A stretch of DNA of 63,085 nt, the filler included, from Chrysochromulina tobinii (lineage: Eukaryota), in NCBI GenBank assembly GCA_001275005.1. It is 4 parts of 4 records of this genome, joined end to end, with 100 filler letters (N's around TTAATTAATTAA, not from the genome) between each part and the next. Parts side by side here need not be neighbours in the genome. Positions count along the whole stretch, not along the records: positions 50,811 to 63,085 come from JWZX01000683.1; 3 more parts are not named here. The stretch is one strand, 5' to 3'. Shown one piece after another: positions 54,172-63,085 of the stretch. The notes beneath the pieces were generated by a model. It was not told the DNA's origin. It saw nothing but the letters and a program-made list of their open reading frames with translations, and ran no database searches. The number at the start of each line of letters is the position of its first letter. Positions within the stretch are counted from its first letter, which is position 1. Made by a program: the position numbers and the translations under genes.

Positions 54172-54579
54172 GCTCCCACTTGCGCCGTGCATCCCCACTC
54201 GCATCGTGCTGCATAGCTGTGCTCGAAACAGCCCCATCGACCGCACGACGAGGCCAGCTGTCGCCAAGAAGACTCCAATCGAGAGGAGGCAACCGACGTT
54301 TGTGCAATCGGCGGTAAAAGAGGTCTGTGCGTCGGTGTTGCCCACCATCATGTCCGGGAAGAAGGAACCCAGCATCAGACCAGGAGGGCAGTGGGGCCGG
54401 CGGCTGGTGGGGGGGGGGCGTCCTGGCCTCATCCTCCACGAATACGCGCTATGTGTGAATATATCCATTCTGTGAATAAATTGGAAAGATAATATGAGTT
54501 GAAAGAAGGTCTTGATCAACCGTGCAAGATGCATAGGCCTACAGATCAATTTCACAGAAAAAACCCTGCTGCAAAAGAT

Positions 54580-55883
54580 ATGGGGTCCGCTTTTCTCTCT
54601 CACGTGTTCAGCCCTGTGAACGGCGCAGTCCTGGCCGTCGCGCTCGCCATCCTGCTCGCATGGCCGAGCAGAGAGTCGCACGCGACAGCCGATCCGGAAG
54701 CGGCGGCAGCGGAGGCAGACAGGCTGCGAGAGCGCTGGGACTCGCTCGGCGCGACCCTCAAGATGGCCAGCGGTGCGAGCGCACACTGGAGGCAGTTCCT
54801 CTTTGACCACTATGGCGCCGACGACAGGCAATACCACACGCTGCGGCATCTCACCGAGCTCTTCTGGCATCTGGACCGCGCCACGGCCAACGGGTGGCTC
54901 ACTCGGCCCGAGAACGTGGCCCTTGCCATCTGGTTCCATGACGTCATCTACCACGGCAAGAACGGGGAGGACGAGGAGGCGTCCGCGCTCGCGTTTGAGC
55001 GCTTCGGAAAGGAGGCTGGTCTCGACGCGAGCGACATCGCCTCGGTGGCCAGCTGGATCCGGCTGACGGCAACCCACAAGTGCTCTGAGGCTGAGCACGG
55101 GACGGACTGCTGCCTGTTCATGGACTTTGATATGGCGATCCTTGGCAAGCAATGGGACCGAACGTGGGAAGGCTGCCCGGTGGCGCCCCACACGGGCTAC
55201 AAGGACTATGCGCTACGTGACGTGCTCGGCGAGTACCGGAAGCTCAAGGGAGTTCCGAAGGTATACCTCTGATTGCCGCTGAGTGCCGCTGAGTGCCGCT
55301 GAGTGCCGCTGAGTGCCGCTGAGTGCCGCTGAGTGCCGCTGAGTGCCGCTGAGTGCCGCTGAGTGCCGCTGAGTACCGCTGAGTGACGCTGATTGCTGCT
55401 GAGTGCCGCTGAGTGCCGCTGAGTGCCGCTGAGTACCGCTGATTGCCACGGATCGCCTCCCCGATGGCCTTTCTGATGGCCGCCCTGATGACCTCCCTGA
55501 TCGCCTCCCCGATGGCCTCTCTGATGGCCGCCCTGATCGCCTCCCAGATGACCTCCCTGATACCAAGATAGCCGCCCTGATGGCTCCTCCCATCAGCCCC
55601 CTGATGGCCCCTCTCATCGGGCCCCTGATGGCCCCCTCCTCAGGTCTTCACGCGTCTCTTCGAGCACTCAGTTTGGAGTTATGGGCGAGCACGATTCTTA
55701 CTGGGCGCGAAGGCTCCCTTCAGTACCTCGGTGTACAAAGAGCAGTACGAGGCCGAGGCGCTACGAAATATCGCACGGGAGCTCGAGCACTGGCAGTCGA
55801 ACCAGTGGCGCTTCGAATGGTGCTTGGGCGGCTTGGTGACGTGGTCCATCCTGTATGCTCTACGACGGGTCTTGGTTTCGTAA
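54580..55883 (+). CDS. HD-superfamily metal-dependent phosphohydrolase (COG4339-like) with terminal hydrophobic segments; 2 exons
   Basis: RQYHTLRHL, AIWFHDVIY, EEASA, TATH, DFDMAILG. Intron 55261-55643; exon 2 reads VFTRLF..GRARFL..YEAEALRNIARE..TAA at 55881-55883. Confidence 0.82.
55269..55447 (+). repeat. Intronic (CTGAGTGCCG)n 10-mer array
   Basis: About 17 near-perfect units within intron 55261-55643. Confidence 0.95.
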
Positions 55884-56067
55884 AATCAGTTCGTAATCAC
55901 CGTCGGATCCACAACCTTCGCGTGCCCCAGCCAACCCCCAGGGCCCCGTGGCGTAGCGAGCTTCAGAGTAGGTGTCAGAGAGAAGTGACGTGACAATTCC
56001 ACAGTTCTGGTCTGTGGAATTTCCGAGGTCGACTGCGACGCTTGCCGACGCTCGCGCCGCAGGAGAC

Positions 56068-59000
56068 ATGGCCGAGGCGATGCTGGATGACGCCTTGATG
56101 CGAGAGGCGCTCGGTCTTCGCCGTCGCGGCGCCGTCAACTACACGCAGGAGCTCGTGCACGAAGACGAGCCAGAGCCTCCGAAAAAGCGCCGAGCGGGCG
56201 GAACCGCCGCGGGCGAAGGCTCCTCTCGGAGCGGCGCGCGCAAGCCAGCGGCCAGCAGCGCGCGCAAGCGCCGAACGCGTGGCGCCGACTCGGATGATGA
56301 CGACGACGATGACGATGAGGACGATGAGGACGAGGACTTTAGCGAGGACGAGCCGCCGCAGCGCAAGGCCAAAGGTCGTGGCTCGAAGGCCGCCCCGAGG
56401 CAGAGCGTGCGCTCGGAGCCGCGCGGCAAGTACAAGGAGCCGAGCGACGATGACGACGACTTCCACAGCGACGACGGCGACGAGCGCCGTGGCGGTGCGG
56501 CCGCGGTGGCCGCCGTGCAGTCGATCTACGACAAGATCCTCTCGCAGCGCCCGGCGGAGAAAGCAGGCGAGGAGGAGGGCGAGGTGGAGCCATCGGACAG
56601 CACCGAGTACCTCGCCAAGCCGCGCGGCAAGTGCGTCTGCGCCGCCGCCGCTGCGTGCCGTGCGCGTCTCGCCGTGCCGTCGCCAGCCCGTTGGTCTGCG
56701 CCCCGCGATGGCTCGTGTGCACTGCACCCGGCCCTGCCGCTGCCCACCTGCCGCTGCCCACCTGCCGCTGCTCACCTGCCCCTGCCGCCGCCGGCTTCCA
56801 ACGATGATTCGATTCCGTGCGCTCGTGTTGCCTGGTTGTCTGCCATTTCCTCTCTGCCTGCGCCTTGGCCGCCGTCGTCCTGTGATGAGAGCGCTCATCA
56901 CATAGTGAGCCACCCCCCTTTATTGGGGCGTGCCTCTCTTCTCTGATGATCCAACGAAGCTTCAGTTTGAGAATACCTGAGGACTGCCCGTCTGGCTGTG
57001 CAGCGCTGGCTGGCTGCTTGGCTGCTTGGCTGCTTGGCTGGCGAGCTGTGGCTGGCTGGCTGTGCCTCTCTCTGCACGTGGCTGCCTGGCAGTCTGTCTG
57101 GCAGTCCTGCCTGGCTGTCTGTCTGACTGACTGGCAGACTGTGTCTCGGTTGCGACACGAGCGCACGCGTGTCCGGCGCCCGTCTCGGCGCCTATCTCGG
57201 CCCCTTTCCCCACACCATGCCCACTGCACCCTCTCATCGCCACCGCTCCATTCCTCTCGCGTCCTCCCCCCCTCCACCCAGGTCGTACATACATTGCGTG
57301 TGGATCCCAGAAGAGCAGGTGCTTGAAGACACACCTGATGACACCTGATGGCACCTGATGACACCTGATGACGCCTGATGACGCCTGGCTGATGACTCTC
57401 GGATGACCTCTCCGATGGCTGCAGGTCCTCGCCGACCATCAAGGCCTCGCACGCCTGCGCCGCTGGCAGAAGCAATGGTCCATGCTGCAGGAAGAGTTCC
57501 GGTACGGCATACTCACTCGGAGTGCCTCTGATGACTGACGAGCGTACTCACTCGGAGTGCCTCTGATGACTGACGAGCGTACTCACTCGGAGTGCCTCTG
57601 ATGACGACACTCATTTGCATCCGAGTGCGTCTGATGGCGACACCGATGGCGTGTGCATGCAGGTACGATGCACTCAAGGCGGCCGAGTGGGAGCCCTACC
57701 CTCAGGAATGGGAACAAGTCGAGCGCGTGGTGGCACAGCGATGCGAGGCGCCGGGCGAGATTGAATACCTCATCAAGTGGCGGCAACTCACCTATGCAGA
57801 TGCGAGCTGGGAGCTGGCCGAGGTGTGATTGCCATCTGATTTCCATCTGAGGCCCATCTGCGTGCCATCTGAGGGCCGTCTAATGGCCTCCACCATCAGG
57901 ATGTGCACGACGACGACGCGATCACAGCCTTCGAGCAACGGCAGCAGAGGCCGACACATGAATGGTACACCAAGCCGCTCGCGTCGGGCCGGAAGGAGCG
58001 TACCCCGTGGGCGAAATGCGCTTCGTCACCCGCCTACAAGGGCAGCAACACGCTGCGCGAGTATCAGCTCGAAGGTCTCAATTGGCTCTCCTTCTGCTGG
58101 CACACGAAAGTCAACTCGATCCTGGCGGATGAGATGGGGCTGGGCAAGACGATCCAATCGGTCTCGCTCCTCAATTATCTGTTTGAGAAGCAGGGTGTGT
58201 GGGGACCGTATCTGGTGGTGGCGCCGCTCTCCACGCTGCCGCACTGGCAGGTGTGTGTCGCTGAGTGCCGCTGAGTGCTGCTGAGTGACGCTGAGTGCTG
58301 CTGAGTGACGCTGAGTGACGCTGAGTGACGCTTGCCACTTCCGCAACGGCAGCGCGAGCTCGAGAGCTGATGGCCTCTAATGACTCGGATTCGCCTCGAA
58401 TGAGCTCTGATTGCCTCCCTCATCAGCGCGAGCTCGAGAGCTGGACCAAGCTGAACACGGTCATCTACCATGGTTCGAAGGAAGCACGCCAAGCGATCCT
58501 GCAGCACGAGTGGTGGTTTGAGGACGATGCGACCGGTGGCCGTTCCAAGAAGGGGGCGCAGCTGCACAAGTTCAATGTGCTCTTGACCACGTACGTCGCC
58601 TCTGATGACCCCCTATGACCTCCGATGACCTCCGATGACCTCCGATGACCTCCGATGACCTCCGATGACCTCCGATGACCGCCGATGACCGCCGATGACC
58701 GCCGATGACCTCCAATCGCCTCGCTCATCAGGTATGAGATGGTCAACCTGCCGTACGCGCCCGGCGAGCCTCACCTCGCCTCGACGCACTGGCGCTGCCT
58801 CGTCGTCGACGAAGCTCATCGACTGAAGAACTCGGACTCCAAGCTCAATCAAGAACTCGAAAAGTTCACGACTGACCATATGCTGCTGCTCACCGGCACC
58901 CCGCTGCAGAACAACCCGACTGAGCTGTATAGTCTGCTGCACGTAGCGTCACCGGCCGAGTTCCCCTCGTTCGAAGCCTTCGAAGGGCGCTTCGGCGACC

Positions 59001-62000
59001 TGTCGACGAAGAAGAACGTGGAGAAGCTCCATGCGGCCATGCGCCCGTACTTTCTGCGCCGCATGAAGGCGGACGTTGAGAAGTCGGTGCCTCCGAAGGA
59101 GGAGATCGTGGTGCAAGTCGAGCTCACGTCGACGCAGAAGCAGTGGTGAGCCGAATCTCGGAGTGAATCTCGGAGTGAATCTTGGGGGTGTCCTCCGGAT
59201 GACCCTGATGACCCTCTGATGACCCTCCGAGGACCCTCTGATGACCCTCTGATGACCCTCTGATGACCCTCTGATGGCCCTCTGAGGACCCTCTGATGGC
59301 CCTCTGAGGACCCCTCCGAGGACCGCGTCTGAGCGCCTCCTTAATGACCTCCCTCATCAGGTACCGTGCCATCTACGAGCGGAACCTTACCTTCCTCAAG
59401 ACCCAGGCGACGCCCAACGGCCCCGCGCACGGGCCCTCGCTTATGAACATCGTCATGGAGCTGCGCAAGTGCTGCAACCACCCTTTCCTCATCGAAGGTG
59501 CTGAGGCGCAGATTCTGCGCCAGACGGGCGTCGTACCGGGCGGTTCGGTAGGCGACGTGCTCGTCTCTTCGGCAGGCAAGATGGTGCTCGTCAACAAGCT
59601 GCTGCCCAAGCTGCGCAAGCAAGGGCGCAAGGTCCTCATCTTCTCGCAGGTGAGATGGCTCCCTGATTTCACAGATGGCTCCCTGATTTCACAGCAGGTG
59701 AGATGGCTCCCTGATGACGTTTGATTTCCAGTAGATGACCTCTCTGGGAAGGGTGCTCCTCTTCTCTTCTCATAGGGGAGAGTGCCCTCTGATGACAATC
59801 ATCAGAGTGCCCTCTGATGAAAATCATCAGATTGCCCTCTGATGACAATCATCAGATTGCCCTATGATGACCCTCTGATGAGACTCTGATGAGAAGGTGC
59901 TCCTCTACTCGCAGATGACGATGGTGCTCAACATCCTCGAGGATTACCTCCGCTGGCAAGCATATCCATACGAGCGCATCGACGGTTGCGTCAAAGGCAA
60001 CGATCGGCAAGCGGCCATCGACCGCTTCTCGCGACCCGAATCGGATCGGTTTGTCTTCTTGCTGTGCACCAAAGCGGGCGGCGTGGGGATCAATCTGACC
60101 GCCGCCGATACGGTCATCATCTACGACTCCGATTGGAACCCGCAGAACGATCTGCAAGCGCAGGCTCGCTGCCACCGCATCGGACAGACGCGTCCCGTGC
60201 AGGTGAGTCCACTATCGAGCATCGATGGCCCCTGACTGCCCCTGATGGCCCTTATGACCCCTGATGGCACCTGATGGCCCCTGATGGCCCCGCCCAGGTC
60301 TACCGGCTCGTGACGCGCAACTCGTACGAGGAGATCATGTTCGAGAAGGCGTCGCTCAAGCTGGGCCTCGACCAGGCGGTCCTGTCGGGCATCGAGTCCG
60401 CTGGCGCCAAGAAGTTGAGCGGCAAGGAGATCTCAGCGCTGCTCCGACATGGCGCGTACGGCGCGCTGGCGAACGAAGAGGACGCGACGCAATTCACCGA
60501 GGCGTCGATTGACGAGATCCTGTCGAGATCGTCCAAGACGGTCGTGCACGACGCCAAGCAGGCCGAGGGAAAGTCCACTTTCTCGCACGCGCACTTTGCG
60601 GTCGCGGTGGGAGGGACGGACGTCTCCGTGGACGATCCCGAGTTCTGGACCAAGGTGGGGTTCGTCAACCAGCAGGCGGACGAGAGCCAGCAGAAGGTGA
60701 CGAATTTGGGAGAGCGCAAGCGCAAGCAGGTGCGCTGAGTGCATGCTGATTGCCTCCCTCATTCAGGTGGGGCGCGCCTCGGGGTGGACGGGCTATTCTC
60801 TGAGTGCCTCGCTGAGTGCATGCTGATTGCCTCCCTCATCAGGTGGCTCGCCTCGGGATGGACGGCGCCCTCTTTGATGACGAAGAGGACGAGGCGAGCG
60901 CCAACATCCAGGCGGACCGAATGTTCACAGCGCTGTGCCGTTTTGGTTGGCATCGTGCAGCCGAGCTGCCCTCGATCGCGCGCGTGCATCCGCACTCGTC
61001 CGAGGATGCGATCAAGCTGAGCGCCCACTACCTGTGCCAATGCGCAGCACAGGTAGCTCCGGTGGCTGACAAGTGGCCCGTGGTGCTCGCGGCGAGCGCG
61101 GTGGTTACAGCCGGCGGGAGCAAGCCTCCGAAACCGATGCAATCGTTGCGGGTGCGCGAGCGCATAGAGAAGAAGGCTCGGCATGACCTGCTGCGCTTAC
61201 ACCAGCTGCACGCCCTGCATGCGTTCGTCCTGCGCCAACCCGCGATGGCCGCCGCGTGCGCCGTCCCGGGCGACGTTGGGGACGAGGGCGGCGTGGGCGG
61301 CGTGGGTAGCAGCAGCGCCCTTGGTGGCAGCGCCCGTGAGGCGGAGGCGAGGTGCGTTCAGCTGCTGCTCGACTCCGAGAGTGCGTCGACGGCGGCGGGT
61401 TGGGGCTCTTCGCTGCTGGGCCGGGCGTGTGCGGCGCTGCAGCCGCTGCTAGACGACGTCAAGGGCGCCCCGCCTGCGCCGGCGTGGGGCGCCCAGCACG
61501 ATGCGAGGCTGCTCATTGGCGTGTACGTGCATGGCTGGGGCCACTACGACCTCCTTCGCAAGCACGATGCGCTATGGCAGTTTGCAACGGCGCTGGAGGA
61601 GGGTGCCGACGCGGACGCGGCGGCGGCGGGCGGAGCATGGGGCGGCGGCGCGTGGCCCGAGACCAAAGTGCTCGAGAGGCGCGTGAACGCGCTGTTCAAA
61701 AGGGTGCCCGGCGCGGCGCCGCCTAAAGAGCTCGGCAGCGGCGGCGGTGGCGGCGGCGAGGGTGGCGAGGGAGCGTCTTCCCGCGCGGACGCGAAGGATG
61801 GCAGCGCCGGCGGGGGGGCGAAGCGCAAACGGAAAGTGGAGAAGGTGCAGCCGGACGACGACGACGACGAGGAAGAGGAGGACGAGGACGAGGACGAGGA
61901 GGATGAGGATCGTCCCTATAAGCCCATGAAGAAGGGCTCGGTCAAGAAGGAGCCCTCGCTCAAGAAGGCCGCAGGCGCCAAGAAGGCGACTGGCGGCGCG

Positions 62001-63085
62001 AGCGGCGCTAGCAGCAATGGCGCTGGCGAGCGCAGCGAGCGCGCCGGCGCTGGTGGCGCAGCCGGTGGCGGCAAGGCGCCGACTCGGGAGCCGACCCGGG
62101 AGGAGATTGCATCGGAGCGCGAGGCGGCGCGAAAGGACCTGACCGAGCTGCTGCTTGCCTTCGGGCTGCCGACGTCGGATGACGATTGGGAGAGAGTACG
62201 CCAGCACGCGACTACGGCCTCGCTCAAGAAGAGCCCAGCCGAGGCACTGCGCAAGGGCGGCGAGCGTTTGGCCAAGGAGTGGGAGCTCGATGCCAAGTCC
62301 AAGAATGAGGAGACGTCGAGAGAGGCGAAGCAGCGGCTCACTCGCCTCGACATCGTCGCCACGCTCCGCCGCTTCATCGATCGCAACCCGCGACCCGACG
62401 TGGGCGCTCCATCCTTGGAAAAGGAGGACCCGATGCCCTCCTGGTGGCAGCCACCTACCCACGACGCAGCTCTGGTGCACGGCGTGCTCAAGCATGGGTT
62501 CCCCAAAGGGAACGAGGGATGGAAGGCCATCTACTCCGACCTTGAGGTCTTCGCGTCGCCCGCGGCCAAGGCGAGTCCGCCGTCCAAGATGGCCTCTCTC
62601 AAGCGGCTCAAGCGCATCCATCTCGCCATGACGCCGTCAAAGGCAGCCGCGCCCAAGACGGCGCCCAAGGCTCTCAAGCAGCCGCCCGCGTGGATGCTCG
62701 CGCCGCCCCCCGCCTCCGCAGCGGCGCAGAGAGCTGCCAAGGAAGCGGCCGCCGCCGCCGCGGCCGCACTGGCGGCCAAGGAGGCCGCCGACGCCGGCGC
62801 GACCGGCGTGTCGGGCGGAGGAGCGGCGGCGCCTGCCGCCGCGGCGGGCGGCTCGAGCGCTGGGCCGGCGGCGGCGCCCACGACGGCGCCCAGCGGACCG
62901 GTGACCGTCGCGACTCTCTCGTCGCTCTCGAGGGTCGGAGTGCCTCTGAGCGATGCACTTGAGAGCAGCCGCTCCCATAAGCCCACACCAGAAGGTGCCA
63001 AGCCCACACCAGAAGGTGCCAAGCCCAAGAACAAGGCGGCGACGGCGGCGGCGAGCACAGCAGGGGTGGCGAGCACGCCGCCGCC
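56068..63085 (+). CDS. CHD-family chromatin remodeler (double chromodomain SNF2 ATPase, CHD6-9/kismet-like); at least 11 exons, 3' end beyond the window
   Basis: Introns 56631-57281, 57319-57424, 57502-57662, 57823-57899, 58251-58426, 58591-58731, 59146-59360, 59650-59914, 60203-60297, 60730-60842. Motifs [96 protein letters not shown]. Confidence 0.93.
58601..58710 (+). repeat. Intronic (CCGATGACCT/G)n 10-mer array
   Basis: About 11 units within intron 58591-58731. Confidence 0.95.

Noticed and set aside
52513..55191. 892-aa minus-strand ORF as a single gene
   Set aside because: Only its C-lectin part (~53640-54171) looks coding. The 5' part is antisense to the HD hydrolase and the 3' part is out of frame with the real domains.

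Overview
GC-rich eukaryotic nuclear DNA, most consistent with a haptophyte-type alga (inferred from gene content, composition and intron style; not verified). The window is four contigs joined by artificial 100-nt linkers (44 N + TTAATTAATTAA + 44 N at 16746-16845, 31568-31667, 50711-50810), so adjacency across linkers is meaningless. About 19 protein-coding genes are supported; no rRNA, tRNA or CRISPR was seen. Contigs 1 and 3 carry large, apparently intronless multidomain ORFs: an ankyrin-anoctamin-choline-transporter-like fusion, an ~18x IPT-TM-3xC2 membrane protein, and a PHD-GNAT-DNA cytosine methyltransferase-like fusion. Contigs 2 and 4 carry conserved genes (PWWP protein, LETM1-like, DNAJC22-like, DEAD-box helicase, HD hydrolase, CHD remodeler) split by about 30 unusual GT-AG introns. 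These introns are flanked by duplications of exon sequence, often with substitutions that create the donor. Some contain internal copies of the spliced exon-exon junction. Many share two recurring 3' cassettes across unrelated genes and are filled with sense-oriented ~10-nt TGA-containing tandem arrays. This looks like an active, templated intron-generating process and is the best candidate for an undescribed system. All exon boundaries were read by hand and need RNA-seq confirmation.
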